A DNA stretch of 64,000 bases from Verrucomicrobiota bacterium (GCA_047947115.1 CP170459.1:2848001-2912000); one strand, 5' to 3'; shown: positions 37,645 to 50,477, numbered from the stretch's first letter. Notes: generated from the letters alone by a model not told the origin. Translations and numbers: made by a program.

Positions 37645-39087
37645 TTAATACAATCGTTCAGGGATGGCTGTGGGGGTTATCATGTCGTAGGGAAGTTTCC
37701 AAAGACCTGTTCCATCCTTATTGGTGAAATAGAGGTGGGAGGCTGTCAGGGTGTCGGGATTTCCATCTGCCCAAAAGGCGTAAAAATCTGGATGAGCATT
37801 CACCGGGCGTCGTGCATAACCGTGGTTACGGGGGCTTTCGACCGTGATGGTTCGAAGGAGATTCCATGCCAGGATCTCTGCGGGGCGTATCCACATCATC
37901 ATTTCTCCTCCGGTGCCGTGACGCTGTGGTCCGGGGTGAGTGGGGGCAATCAACCGCCAGCGCTTGTCGGGTTCGATGTAAATGGAGCCCATGTCGTAGT
38001 TGTGAAACGCGCGGGTGATGCTTTGAAATATCCATTCACCGTTTTGCCAATGCGCAATGGTCCATTCACGAGGGCGATGGTGAGGGCCGGGCTGGTGTTT
38101 GTCGCTGGTGATGTGCAGGATGACCGGATTGCCTTCCCCATCGACCGTGATGTCCTTCAGGTAAACCAATCGATCTTCAGCCTGATAATCTTTTACCAGT
38201 GCAGGGTTGTCAGTTTCAGTCAATGGAGGCAGGACTTGGTCACCAGAAACGGTTTGCCAGGTTTCGCCAAGATCGGATGTTTGAAGAAAATAGAGATTGG
38301 TGCGGTAGTCAACGTTTCCGTTTGGGTGGTAATTGAACGCTGTCATCACACGTGAACCGATGCGACGACTGATTTGGTAATGTCCTCCCATGCCGGCCAA
38401 TTTTTGATCCTCGGTCCAGCCGAGACCATGCTGGCTTCGGTTCCAGTAAAGCTCACGACCTTTCGTGTATTTGGTAAACAGATGTAGACATCCTTTTTCT
38501 TCGATCCACCAAGGTTGAGGGTAGGTGAATTCTTCTTCACTGATCTGATCGAATGCCCCGATGTCATAAGGCTTTCTGCTTCGGTATTTGTAGCCCGGTC
38601 GGTGTCGGCCTCGCCCGCTCACAAAAACCCACAGGTGACCTTTGGGATCCATGGCGATGGATGGGTTGTCGTGGGGATCATTTACCTTCAATTTGTCGTG
38701 GACCACGGTGGGTTGGGGCACTTGTCCTGTGGTATGATCATAATACCCGATCATGGCCAGGAGATGGGTTTCATTTGCTTGAGTCGTGCCGCCGAATACA
38801 AAAAAAGTCTTGTTCGCATCCTCGTCGTAGATTGCCAGTGGGCAGTGCTTGGCTGTGTAGGTGCCAAGTCCGCCTGAGTACTTGGAACCGTATTCGGATT
38901 TTTGTCCAAGATCGAACCAGATACCCCGGTAGCCTGCGATCTTTCCGGTGACGTGGGAAGGGGGACTGTTGTCGATCGTATCGGCTGCATGCATGGCGGC
39001 GGTCATCTGCCACAGGAGGGCTCCGAACGCAGCTCCAAGCATCAACCAGCATTGATGTTTCAATCGAGATTTCAGTGGAAAAAGCAT
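37645..39087 (-). CDS. Secreted BNR-4-type beta-propeller protein
   Basis: Signal peptide, DPHDNPSI, TYPQP, Asp-box TSDLGETW, HNYDMG. Confidence 0.75.
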   Translation of the reverse strand: MLFPLKSRLKHQCWLMLGAAFGALLWQMTAAMHAADTIDNSPPSHVTGKIAGYRGIWFDLGQKSEYGSKYSGGLGTYTAKHCPLAIYDEDANKTFFVFGGTTQANETHLLAMIGYYDHTTGQVPQPTVVHDKLKVNDPHDNPSIAMDPKGHLWVFVSGRGRHRPGYKYRSRKPYDIGAFDQISEEEFTYPQPWWIEEKGCLHLFTKYTKGRELYWNRSQHGLGWTEDQKLAGMGGHYQISRRIGSRVMTAFNYHPNGNVDYRTNLYFLQTSDLGETWQTVSGDQVLPPLTETDNPALVKDYQAEDRLVYLKDITVDGEGNPVILHITSDKHQPGPHHRPREWTIAHWQNGEWIFQSITRAFHNYDMGSIYIEPDKRWRLIAPTHPGPQRHGTGGEMMMWIRPAEILAWNLLRTITVESPRNHGYARRPVNAHPDFYAFWADGNPDTLTASHLYFTNKDGTGLWKLPYDMITPTAIPERLY

Positions 39088-39182
39088 GCCACATGATGGA
39101 ATTGTTCGAGCATACTTTCAATGGCGGATTCATCTGATGCTTCTCCCTTGACCCTGATGGGCAGGCGGTCTAGTTTGGTTTG

Positions 39183-39297
39183 ATCTGGGGAGCATTCCGA
39201 GGCGGCTTTTATGTTGCCTGAAAGGCGCTGAGAGTTTCGCTCGGGAGAGCGAATGACCCATTGAACCTGTACGGATAATGCCGACGAAGGGAAAGCC
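39183..39297 (+). promoter_or_regulatory. TPP riboswitch
   Basis: GGGGAGC...GCTGAGA...GACCC.TTGAACCTG...GGATAATGCC..CGAAGGGA directly upstream of thiC. Confidence 0.92.
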
Positions 39298-39347
39298 TGC
39301 CCATGCTTCCTGATTGTTGGTTTTCCATGTGATTTGACATTAATTAG

Positions 39348-41276
<1,929 letters not shown>

Positions 41277-41295
41277 TGAGATCACTGGTTCTGTC

Positions 41296-43323
41296 ATGGT
41301 GAGGGGAGATGCATTAAAAGCAGGTTTCTTATTGAGGAGCATCATCCTCTTCGGCTTGCTTTTGATGTTGTTGGAAGGGATGCTGGCAGATGAAACAGGA
41401 ATCCGATCCAAGCTACCATGGTCGTTTCAGCCGGTCTTGCCGCAGGATGCATTCAAGTTCAGAGACATTGATGATTATATCGATGATTCGATGGAGTCGC
41501 ACGGGATTGTTCCCAATCCCCTGGCAGATCGGTGGACATTGATTCGGCGCGCAACCTTTGATCTTCTGGGGCTTCCTCCCTCACCAGATGAAGTGTTGGC
41601 ATTTGTGGAGGATTCATCACCGGATGCCTATGAAAAGTTGGTGGATCGATTGCTGGCTTCTCCCAGGTATGGTGAACGCTGGGGGCGTTACTGGCTGGAT
41701 CTTGCCAGATACGCCGATACAAACGGAGCCGATGAAAACATGGCATTTCCCAACGCCTGGAGGTATCGCAATTATGTGATCCGATCCTTCAATCAGGACA
41801 AACCTTACGACCGGTTCATTCGGGAACAGATTGCGGGAGACCTTTTACCCGAAACGGATGATGTTGATTTGCAGGTGGATCGATTGGTTGCCACCGGTTT
41901 TCTGGTGTTGGGACCAAAAATGCTCGCCGAGCAGGACAAGGAAAAACTGCTCATGGATGTGGTCGATGAACAGATCGATGTGGTGACTCGCACATTTCTC
42001 GGGATCAGCGTTGCTTGCGCCCGTTGTCATGACCACAAGTTTGATCCTGTTGACCAGGAGGATTATTACGCCCTTGCCGGTATATTTCGAAGCACGCGGA
42101 CCATGGCCAACACCGATCATGTTTCGCGCTGGACCGAGCGGGTGGTGCCTCATCCTGAAAATGCTGATTTGCAGGCTGCGTTTGAACTCCAAAAATCAGA
42201 TCTGGAAAGACGTATCCAGGAGTTGGAACGTTCTGCCGGATCAGAGGAAAGCAAGCAGAAGCTCGATGCATTCAAGGACCAGTTGAAGCAGTTGGAAGCA
42301 AACGGAGCGGGGTTGCCACGGGCCATGTCCGTGATGGATGGTGATATTCAGAATCTCCCCGTTCATCTGCGCGGCAATCATCTCACATTGGCGAAACATT
42401 CCGTGAACCGGCAGTCGGTCTCCTTTTTGGATCACCTGTTAGCGATGGGGGAAATCGCTTCGTCGGATTCCGGTCGATTGACTCTGTCGGACTGGTTGTG
42501 TGATCCGGAGCATCCTCTTGTAGCAAGAGTCATGGTCAACCGGATTTGGAAAGGACATTTTGGGGAGGGGCTTGTATCGACTCCCTCCAATTTTGGTCAT
42601 ACGGGTGATTATCCAACTCATTCTGAATTGTTGGACTGGTTGGCCCGGAGGTTTGTCCAGGACGGGTATTCCATCAAATCCATGCACCGTCGCATGATGC
42701 TTTCCAATGCCTACAGACGTTCATCGGAACATTCCTCCGTGGCTGGTGCTATAGATCCTGATAATCGATGGCTATGGAGGCAGAATCGTCGCAGGTTGGA
42801 GGCAGAACCCCTGCGGGATGCGCTGCTTTACATTTCGGGACGGCTGGATACTGAATGGGGGGATTCCCTGGGGAGTATGAAAGATAATTCATCTTACTAT
42901 CGCGAGGAGGGTGAAGCCTTCAAAGCTCCGGTTCGGGCGGTGTATCTGCCTGTTTTACGCAGTCGTGTTTATGACATGTTTGCCACCTTTGACTTTCCAG
43001 ATGCTTCGGCTCACTTGGAGAAAAGATCCCAAACCATCATGCCCCAGCAGGCTCTGTTTTACCTCAACGGAGAGTTGACAAGCCAATGTGCCGACGGTCT
43101 GGCTGATTCCATTCAGGCATCCGGCCCGGGTGAAAACGAGCGTAATTTGAAGCGCCTTTACCTGACGCTTTTCTCCCGATACCCTTCCATTGAGGAAATG
43201 CGTTTGTTTGAGGCGTACTCGCGTCAGTCATCCTTTGTCGGTACGGAGGAAGCCAAGCGTTCAGGGCTTGTACGCTGGATTCGGATTCTAATGGCGTCTA
43301 ATGAGTTCAGTTACATCCGATAG
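41296..43323 (+). CDS. DUF1549/DUF1553 (PSD1) domain protein
   Basis: YGERWGRYWLDLARY, CARCHDHKFDP, VNRIWKGHFG, PTHSELLDWLA. Confidence 0.9.
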   Translation: MVRGDALKAGFLLRSIILFGLLLMLLEGMLADETGIRSKLPWSFQPVLPQDAFKFRDIDDYIDDSMESHGIVPNPLADRWTLIRRATFDLLGLPPSPDEVLAFVEDSSPDAYEKLVDRLLASPRYGERWGRYWLDLARYADTNGADENMAFPNAWRYRNYVIRSFNQDKPYDRFIREQIAGDLLPETDDVDLQVDRLVATGFLVLGPKMLAEQDKEKLLMDVVDEQIDVVTRTFLGISVACARCHDHKFDPVDQEDYYALAGIFRSTRTMANTDHVSRWTERVVPHPENADLQAAFELQKSDLERRIQELERSAGSEESKQKLDAFKDQLKQLEANGAGLPRAMSVMDGDIQNLPVHLRGNHLTLAKHSVNRQSVSFLDHLLAMGEIASSDSGRLTLSDWLCDPEHPLVARVMVNRIWKGHFGEGLVSTPSNFGHTGDYPTHSELLDWLARRFVQDGYSIKSMHRRMMLSNAYRRSSEHSSVAGAIDPDNRWLWRQNRRRLEAEPLRDALLYISGRLDTEWGDSLGSMKDNSSYYREEGEAFKAPVRAVYLPVLRSRVYDMFATFDFPDASAHLEKRSQTIMPQQALFYLNGELTSQCADGLADSIQASGPGENERNLKRLYLTLFSRYPSIEEMRLFEAYSRQSSFVGTEEAKRSGLVRWIRILMASNEFSYIR

Positions 43324-43333
43324 ACATCGAAGC

Positions 43334-44746
43334 ATGAACAAGACAACATTATGCGAGCATCGCCAGGGGCCGGAGCTGAGCCGGCGCCAATGGCTGGAGC
43401 GTTCGACTGCCGGATTTGGCGTCCTGGCCATGCGCTCGTTGTTGGCTGAGGGTGCGATGATGGACAAGCCCAAAAGCGGCATGCCCCACTTTCCTGCTCG
43501 GGCAAAGAGGGTGATCTTTCTTTTCATGCATGGAGGACCTTCCCACATCGATACCTTTGACTACAAACCTTTGCTCAAAAGGGATCACGGCAAACCACTG
43601 CCCTTTGCGAAACCCAGAGTGCAGTTTGCTGAGACGGGTAATTTATTGGCCAGTCCGTGGGAGTTCAAACAATATGGACAGAGTGGTCGTTGGGTTAGTG
43701 AATTGTTTCCGCAGGTGGCTAGGCATTCTGATCAATTGTGTGTGATCAAGTCCATACACGGGTCCAATGAAGCGCACGGTGGGGCGTTGCTCAAAATGCA
43801 CACCGGCTCGGATACCTTTGTGCGGCCCAGTATGGGGGCCTGGGTCAGTTATGGATTGGGGACCGAGAACAGAAACCTGCCAGCATTTATAACCATTCAT
43901 CCCACCCTAGGGCATGGGGGTGTTCAGAACTTTGGAGCCGCCTTTCTTCCAGCCCAACATCAGGGTGTGCGTATCGGGCATCGGGGGGCCGACATCAGGG
44001 ATGTGGGGATCACTAACCTCAAGCCGGCGCTTCCTGATGCCGATGAACAGGCATCGGATCTGGCGTATCTCGATCAGTTAAACCGCTTGGAACTTAAAGA
44101 GAATGGGCCCAATACGGACCTTGAGGCCCGTATTGAATCATTTGAATTGGCCTTTCGTATGCAGATGGAGGCGCCTCCACTTTTTGATGTGTCCAAAGAA
44201 ACCGAGGCAACGCGGAAACTTTATGGCATTGATCAAGAGGGAACCGATGGTTTTGGAAGGCAATGCTTGCTGGCAGCGCGCATGTCCGAGGCGGGAGTTC
44301 GTTTTGTCCAATGTTCACATGGTTACTGGGATCAACACAGCAATCTTGAGAAAGATCATGCTCGGCTTGCCAGAGAGGTCGATCAGCCCATAGCGGGCTT
44401 GTTGAAAGATCTGGCCGGCCGGGGTTTGCTGGAGGATACTCTGGTCATGTGGGGCGGAGAGTTTGGGCGAACCCCGACGGCACAAGGAAAAGATGGTCGG
44501 GATCACAATCCTCATGCATTCACCTGGTGGTTCGCAGGGGGAGGGGTGCGTCCTGGTTTTGAGTATGGTCTCACCGATGACTACGGCTATTACACAGCTG
44601 ACCAAAGAGTGCATGTTCATGATCTACATGCCACACTTCTGCATTTACTGGGCATGGATCATGAAAGGTTGACATATCGCTATGGAGGGAGGGATTTCCG
44701 GTTGACCGACATTGCCGGCGAAATCGTCCACCCTATTCTGGGGTGA
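43334..44746 (+). CDS. DUF1501 domain protein
   Basis: SRRQWL, LFMHGGPSHIDTFDYKP, WDQH, GEFGRTP, GRDHN. Confidence 0.9.
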   Translation: MNKTTLCEHRQGPELSRRQWLERSTAGFGVLAMRSLLAEGAMMDKPKSGMPHFPARAKRVIFLFMHGGPSHIDTFDYKPLLKRDHGKPLPFAKPRVQFAETGNLLASPWEFKQYGQSGRWVSELFPQVARHSDQLCVIKSIHGSNEAHGGALLKMHTGSDTFVRPSMGAWVSYGLGTENRNLPAFITIHPTLGHGGVQNFGAAFLPAQHQGVRIGHRGADIRDVGITNLKPALPDADEQASDLAYLDQLNRLELKENGPNTDLEARIESFELAFRMQMEAPPLFDVSKETEATRKLYGIDQEGTDGFGRQCLLAARMSEAGVRFVQCSHGYWDQHSNLEKDHARLAREVDQPIAGLLKDLAGRGLLEDTLVMWGGEFGRTPTAQGKDGRDHNPHAFTWWFAGGGVRPGFEYGLTDDYGYYTADQRVHVHDLHATLLHLLGMDHERLTYRYGGRDFRLTDIAGEIVHPILG

Positions 44747-44844
44747 ATGTCATGATCATGTCATTTTTTAAATTATCTCATTTTTCCCGCTAAACCCGAC
44801 CACCTTTCTTCCGATTTACTAGGTAGTTCACCCTGTGGATCGCC

Positions 44845-46062
44845 ATGATTTTAAACAGTTCTAAACAAGTTCGGCTTGCTTTTGTCGACAAGCACTCAGA
44901 AGTGCTCGATGGATTCAAGCATTCGTTGGTGGAGGAAAGACCGGATTGGTCAGTACGCTTCTTTGATGATGGACAGCATTTATTGTCGGATATGGAACGT
45001 AGGAAATATGATCTGGTCGTTTCAGATATTCATTTGCCAGGGTTATCCGGAGGGGACTTTCTTCGGACCGTGGCACAAAAAGCTCCGGAGACAGTGCGTG
45101 TGGTTTCTTATGAATTGGAGCGCCAGGAAGATGTGATGACCCATGTTGATGTCTGGAACCAATTTATCACCAAACCATGTGAACCGGATATGCTGATTTC
45201 GGTTGTTGAAGAATCATTATCAATCAAAGAAAAACCACCCGGATTATCTGCTGTGGAAGTTATTAAAAACCTGAAACGTCTGCCTACCATCCCAGCCATT
45301 TATCTGGAGTTGAACCGGTTGTTAAGTGATCCCAACTCGCAACCTGACGATATCGGCGACGTGGTTGCTCGGGATATTGCTTTGACGAGTAGTCTTCTGC
45401 GCATCGGTAACTCCGCTCAGATCGGCCTCCGGCGAAATGTTTCGACGCCGCACGAAGCAGTCAGTTTTCTGGGGGTGGACATCGTCAAGACCCTGGCATT
45501 GGGAGCTAAGTTATTCACCATGTGTGATGATCAAATCCTTCGCCTGCCCTACTTGAGAAATTTGTGGGATCATAGCATGTGCGTAAGCGGTGCCGCGCGC
45601 AAGATCATGAAGGTGCAGGGGGGAAATCGGAAAATGGTGGATGAGGCTATGGTGGCCGGATTGCTACATGATGCCGGAAAGTTGGTTCTCGCGACGAATG
45701 ATCCTCAAAAAACGATGGAAGTCATGAGTTTATGTCGTGAGAAAGAAATCTCGCTCATGAAAGCCGAGGATCTTGTTTTTGGATTCAATCACGGCGATGT
45801 AGGCGGGGTGTTGTTTCGGTTATGGGGTTTGTCGGGCAAAGTGGTTGAAGCGGTTAAATTTCATCATGTTCCGGGTCGCAGTTTGAACAAGGACATGAGT
45901 GTGCTGGCCGCCCTGCACGTGGCTGAAATGGTGAGTCAACCATTAGGTGAGGGGAGTTACGGCCAATGGAGTCAGGAAGATATCAATCTTGAATATATGC
46001 AATCGGTTGGAATGGAAGGGGATTTGGTTGATTGGAAACGTCGTGTGGATGATTTTGAATGA
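44845..46062 (+). CDS. Response regulator with REC + HDOD domains
   Basis: REC (DLVVSDIHLPG, KP); HDOD (LPTIP, LWDHS, GLLHDAGK, HGDVG...LW, FHH). Confidence 0.88.
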   Translation: MILNSSKQVRLAFVDKHSEVLDGFKHSLVEERPDWSVRFFDDGQHLLSDMERRKYDLVVSDIHLPGLSGGDFLRTVAQKAPETVRVVSYELERQEDVMTHVDVWNQFITKPCEPDMLISVVEESLSIKEKPPGLSAVEVIKNLKRLPTIPAIYLELNRLLSDPNSQPDDIGDVVARDIALTSSLLRIGNSAQIGLRRNVSTPHEAVSFLGVDIVKTLALGAKLFTMCDDQILRLPYLRNLWDHSMCVSGAARKIMKVQGGNRKMVDEAMVAGLLHDAGKLVLATNDPQKTMEVMSLCREKEISLMKAEDLVFGFNHGDVGGVLFRLWGLSGKVVEAVKFHHVPGRSLNKDMSVLAALHVAEMVSQPLGEGSYGQWSQEDINLEYMQSVGMEGDLVDWKRRVDDFE

Positions 46063-46109
46063 TCCCGTTTGCTCGAGATGAAATTTTTACCCAATAAGGA
46101 GAATCCCAA

Positions 46110-46874
46110 ATGATTATGAAATCAAACGAACATCGTGTCGATGCATTGTCCTGGCCTCATCAAGTTGCCTCCATGGGGCATCGCCACTTCGATGATGTGT
46201 CCCAAACATGTCTCGATCTAGGAACCAAATACATGCAGATGCCATACGGTGTGATCAGCAGCATTCATCGGAATGTTTATCGCATTGACAAGGTGTTTGG
46301 CCGGCCTCCGGGACTAGAAGTGGATGATGAATGGTCGGTTGAAGAGACTCCATGTTTTCGAGTGCTCGCTGCAGAATGCATTTTTTCCTGTCCGGATTTA
46401 TTGGAGGATAAGGGAGCGGATTTTGCCATATTTGCTCAAAAGCATGGAATACGTGGTTTCATCTCTGCTCCTATCTGGGTCAACCAATCGGTGCAGGGAA
46501 CCTTGAGTTTTTTTTCCAATGAAGTGCAGGAAACGGTTGATCCGAAAATAGCCCAGGCACTCGAACTTGCGGCATTTGGACTTTATCGATTCCTGGAATT
46601 TGAGCATTTCAAGAATATCCGTGAACTGATGAACATTCAGTTGAAGGAAGCCCTTGAGGATGTCAAGGCACTCCACGGATTGCTCCCCATATGTGCCAGT
46701 TGCAAGAAAATCAGAGATGTGGATGGTCTATGGGGCAAATTCGAAGAATATGTAGCCAAGCATTCTCTGGCACAGCTTTCGCACGGCTTGTGCAAGCCGT
46801 GCGTGAAGGATCTGTATGGATTTGATCCGGACGAAATGGATTCTGAAGAGGAAGAATGTTCGTGTGGAGGCTGA
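46110..46874 (+). CDS. GAF domain protein with C-terminal Cys-motif module
   Basis: GAF (TPC, GFISAPI...GTLSF), coiled coil, LLPICASCKKIRD...SHGLCKPC. Confidence 0.8.
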   Translation: MIMKSNEHRVDALSWPHQVASMGHRHFDDVSQTCLDLGTKYMQMPYGVISSIHRNVYRIDKVFGRPPGLEVDDEWSVEETPCFRVLAAECIFSCPDLLEDKGADFAIFAQKHGIRGFISAPIWVNQSVQGTLSFFSNEVQETVDPKIAQALELAAFGLYRFLEFEHFKNIRELMNIQLKEALEDVKALHGLLPICASCKKIRDVDGLWGKFEEYVAKHSLAQLSHGLCKPCVKDLYGFDPDEMDSEEEECSCGG

Positions 46875-47996
46875 TCAGTCTTCCAGTGTGAAGTCTTCGG
46901 GAAAGGCTGCAATGGTTTCCTGAATGGTGTTCTCATCTTCTATGACCGTATCATTCAGGATAATTCGATAGAAGCGGCGTTTTTTGCCGATGGCTTTGTC
47001 ATCTTGAATGGTGATTGGTCGTGTTTGAAACGAAAAAGAGAAGACGTCAGACCAGTTTTCGAAATCATCGGAAGCCTGAGCCTTGAAGGGCAAACCTCTT
47101 GGTCCAGTGATAGACATGCGTGATTTGGAGTCGGGTAGGACTTGAACGTTCTCCATTCTTATGGGAGTGCTGTTAATGAGGGATGTGCGATAATACCTCG
47201 GGCCGGTTGGTGCCGCTTCCTCGTCAACAAGGGTCAAGTCCCGTCCTTTCAACGTTTCCAGAGCAATCGGTTGCCATACTTTTTTATCATTGGAAGCGTA
47301 AACGATGATGGTTTGATCGCGTGGACCTCGAACGGTGATGACCGGTGCCTGGCCTGCTTTGCGTTTCAGGGTCTTAAATTTAACCGAGAAATCGATTTCA
47401 GCTGTGATTCTGCAGGAAAAATTGGCGATTGGATCCCCGTTGAACCGCCAAGGCGTCCAGCCATTGCCTTGTTTTACCCAGATATCATCAAAGCTTTTTC
47501 CAACGAGAACGGGGTCTCTCAGCAACAAGCTCGCACGGTCGGTGCTCCGACCGCTCAAACCAACAAATTCAACCGTGAAAGTAAAGCTGTCCGGCACATC
47601 GACCGCAATGTCGTCAATGATTGCCGTATTATAGTCAGGGAAGATGGTAAAGGGTGCGCTTTCGAACAGAAGGGTGCCGGGGCTCGATGCCTCGAAGGTT
47701 TCCTCTCCGTCGTTGGCGTAAAATCGAACGATGCAGGTCTCATCTCCTTCAGGTTCGAATTGACCCAGATATTCAAATTCAAACTTGGTGACTTTTCGTC
47801 CGTCTCCAGCGAGTAAAATTTCGTCGCCATATTCGATTGTCCTGGGGTATTGCCCCGTGATTTTGCCCAAGATGTTGTCATAGACGACTTCCTCTGAGAC
47901 GAATTGAGCATTAACGAGCGTGATGAAACCGGCGCATCCGAAGGCGATCATGCCTGCGTATGCTCTTTTGATAACGGATGATGGTGCGTTAAACAT
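46875..47996 (-). CDS. Secreted hypothetical protein with two C-terminal S-x-D/N-x3-W...R(F/Y)YR modules
   Basis: Signal peptide; repeats ASNDKKVW...RYYR and ASDDFENW...RFYR. Confidence 0.75.
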   Translation of the reverse strand: MFNAPSSVIKRAYAGMIAFGCAGFITLVNAQFVSEEVVYDNILGKITGQYPRTIEYGDEILLAGDGRKVTKFEFEYLGQFEPEGDETCIVRFYANDGEETFEASSPGTLLFESAPFTIFPDYNTAIIDDIAVDVPDSFTFTVEFVGLSGRSTDRASLLLRDPVLVGKSFDDIWVKQGNGWTPWRFNGDPIANFSCRITAEIDFSVKFKTLKRKAGQAPVITVRGPRDQTIIVYASNDKKVWQPIALETLKGRDLTLVDEEAAPTGPRYYRTSLINSTPIRMENVQVLPDSKSRMSITGPRGLPFKAQASDDFENWSDVFSFSFQTRPITIQDDKAIGKKRRFYRIILNDTVIEDENTIQETIAAFPEDFTLED

Positions 47997-48069
47997 ACCT
48001 GCCTTTCTTGGAAAAAACGAATGCCGAACCAATTATCCGCCTAGGAAGTCAGTCGTTTACGGATTGAAT

Positions 48070-48145
<76 letters not shown>

Positions 48146-48238
48146 ATGGCGCTTAATTTCGATGCAATCATTCGATTTGTCAAATGGTAAGCACAAAAAA
48201 TGCCAAAATCATTTTTGAGAATGAAACTTTTCGCATTT

Positions 48239-49477
48239 TTAGAGCTGCGAGGGGTGAGTCATGAGTTCGCTAATGCGCGTTAAAAGACGCCCGGCAGCGC
48301 CCCCATCCAGCACCCGGTGATCGAAGCTCAAAGTGAGTTGGGATTCTGTCACCGGCACAAAACTTGACGTGGATTCATCCCAGAAAGGAACCTTTCGTCC
48401 CGCTCCCATGCCCAACACCAAGGTTTGTTCGGGAAGGGGAATGGGCGTGGCCCAGGTCAGGCCGAACGTCCCGAAATTGGTGACCGTGGCGATGGAACTG
48501 CCTGTTGCGTTGGGTGGCAGTTTCCTGAGTCGCGCCGATGTTACCAGGTTGTTATAGGTTTCCACCATGTTGGTGACAGACGTTTTATCGGCATGACGAA
48601 TGACTGGAACCAGCACTCCGTCCTCGGCTTCCACGGCAAACCCAATGTCAATCGATGTTGGATGCGCGATTTTGTTGCCGATCAATCTGCCTGCAGTGGC
48701 ACTGTTTTCCGAAAGAGCGATGGCCAGTGCCCGGATCGCAAAAAGTGCGGGCCCGGGTTTTGGATTGAGCTTGGCGCGGTGGGACAATAGTGCATCCATT
48801 CTGACCGGAGTACCCACGGTGGCCAGCGGACGTGTCCAACTGCGGCGCATGGCGTCCGCTACCGCCACTCTCATTGAAGAGGCTTGTGTGAGTCGAGTCT
48901 GCTCCAGTTGGGTGAGAAATTTTTCAAAGTCCTGAATAGTCAGCCGTCCCCCGGCACCACTTCCGGCAATTCCCGCCAGATCCGCTTCTCTCAATCCCAA
49001 TTCATACATGCGCGCCTTCATTCGGGGAGACATGTATTGCGCCCCTACAAAGTGAGCCGGTACTGGCAGACCTTTGATGGTGGGCTTCACCACCGAGAAC
49101 GAACTTTCACCGCCCGTCGGCGTCGATGCGGCCTGGTTTGAAACGGATTGTTCCGTGTGTTGTGCGGATGAAAATACTTTCGATGTCTCTGGAGTTATGG
49201 AATTTTCAGGCTTGGAGGATGTCTGTTCGGGCGAGGCCTCACTTCGTACCTGGCCAAGAACATCGCCGACCGCGTAACTTTCCCCGATTTCAACGGTGTA
49301 CGCGTCAATGAATCCATCGCAGGGAGCGGTGACATTCATCGTGGCTTTCTGGGTTTCCACCTCGATGATGTCCTGACCTGCGGTAACGCTTTCGCCCTGG
49401 TGGACCAGCAGGTCGATGATCGTCGCTTCCGCGATGGACTCTCCCAGTTGAGGCATGATGATGGGGGTTAAAGACAT
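48239..49477 (-). CDS. 2-oxoacid dehydrogenase E2 (dihydrolipoamide acyltransferase)
   Basis: Lipoyl MPQLGESI...VETQKA; E3-binding GSGAGGRLT; catalytic FDHRVLDG. Confidence 0.92.
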   Translation of the reverse strand: MSLTPIIMPQLGESIAEATIIDLLVHQGESVTAGQDIIEVETQKATMNVTAPCDGFIDAYTVEIGESYAVGDVLGQVRSEASPEQTSSKPENSITPETSKVFSSAQHTEQSVSNQAASTPTGGESSFSVVKPTIKGLPVPAHFVGAQYMSPRMKARMYELGLREADLAGIAGSGAGGRLTIQDFEKFLTQLEQTRLTQASSMRVAVADAMRRSWTRPLATVGTPVRMDALLSHRAKLNPKPGPALFAIRALAIALSENSATAGRLIGNKIAHPTSIDIGFAVEAEDGVLVPVIRHADKTSVTNMVETYNNLVTSARLRKLPPNATGSSIATVTNFGTFGLTWATPIPLPEQTLVLGMGAGRKVPFWDESTSSFVPVTESQLTLSFDHRVLDGGAAGRLLTRISELMTHPSQL

Positions 49478-49511
49478 AGGCTTTCGATGATTGATGAGAT
49501 GTCGTTCAAAG

Positions 49512-50477
49512 TTAAATTCTGAGCAGGTGACGTGAAGCTGCAACGATGCTCTGTGCTGTGGGGCGATGGACCGACCATAGCCTTGGATGATAAGGGATCG
49601 GGGTATCTTTGGCGTTGATCCGCTGGGGGGGGGCATCCAGCAGATTGAATCCTTCCGCCACCACTCGGCTGATAACCTCCGCATTGACACCTCCCCAGGG
49701 CCATTCCTCCGCCACACACAACAATCTTCCCGTGCGTGCCACGGATGCAATGATGGTGTCGGTGTCGATGGGTTTGACAGTCCGCAAATCGACCACTTCG
49801 ATCTGAATGCCGTCCTGCGCCATCTCTTTGGCGGCTTCGAGACACTCATGCACCATGGCGCTATAAGTGACAATGGTCATGTCCCTGCCTTCGCGCGCAA
49901 TACGTGCCTTGCCGATTGGCAGAGCTTCCTGTGGCAGGGATTTTGCCTTGAGATGGAAATAAAGATACTTGTGCTCGCAGAAAACTACCGGATCGTCCAG
50001 CGTCACTGATTCAATTAACATGCTGTAGGCATCTTCAACCGTCGCAGGTGTGCAGACAATGAGTCCGGGGAAATGGGCGTATATGGATTCGAGACACTGG
50101 CTGTGAAAGGGGCCGCCTCCTGAAGTGCCTCCGCTGGGCAACCTTAATGTGATCGGGCATGGCACTTCGGTTCGCCAGAACAAGGTGGCAGCCTGGTTGA
50201 CCATTTGATTGAACCCAACTGTTGAAAAATCTGCGAATTGAACCTCGATGATGGGGCGAAGCCCCTCGATGGCTGCCCCGACGGCGGAACCAATCATGGC
50301 GTCTTCGCTGATGGGAGCGTCGATGACCCGGCCTGGAAATTCGGTTGCCAGGTTTTTCGTCGCCTTGAACGCTCCGCCGAATGCTCCCACATCCTGACCG
50401 TAAATATAAACTCTGGGGTCGTTCTTCAGCAGGTAGGCTTGCGCTTCCCGGATGGCTTCTAAGTAGGTGATGCTCAT
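49512..50477 (-). CDS. 2-oxoacid dehydrogenase E1 beta
   Basis: GQDVGAFGGAF, DAPISE, EVQFADF, GPFHSQ, EHKYLY. Confidence 0.93.
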   Translation of the reverse strand: MSITYLEAIREAQAYLLKNDPRVYIYGQDVGAFGGAFKATKNLATEFPGRVIDAPISEDAMIGSAVGAAIEGLRPIIEVQFADFSTVGFNQMVNQAATLFWRTEVPCPITLRLPSGGTSGGGPFHSQCLESIYAHFPGLIVCTPATVEDAYSMLIESVTLDDPVVFCEHKYLYFHLKAKSLPQEALPIGKARIAREGRDMTIVTYSAMVHECLEAAKEMAQDGIQIEVVDLRTVKPIDTDTIIASVARTGRLLCVAEEWPWGGVNAEVISRVVAEGFNLLDAPPQRINAKDTPIPYHPRLWSVHRPTAQSIVAASRHLLRI

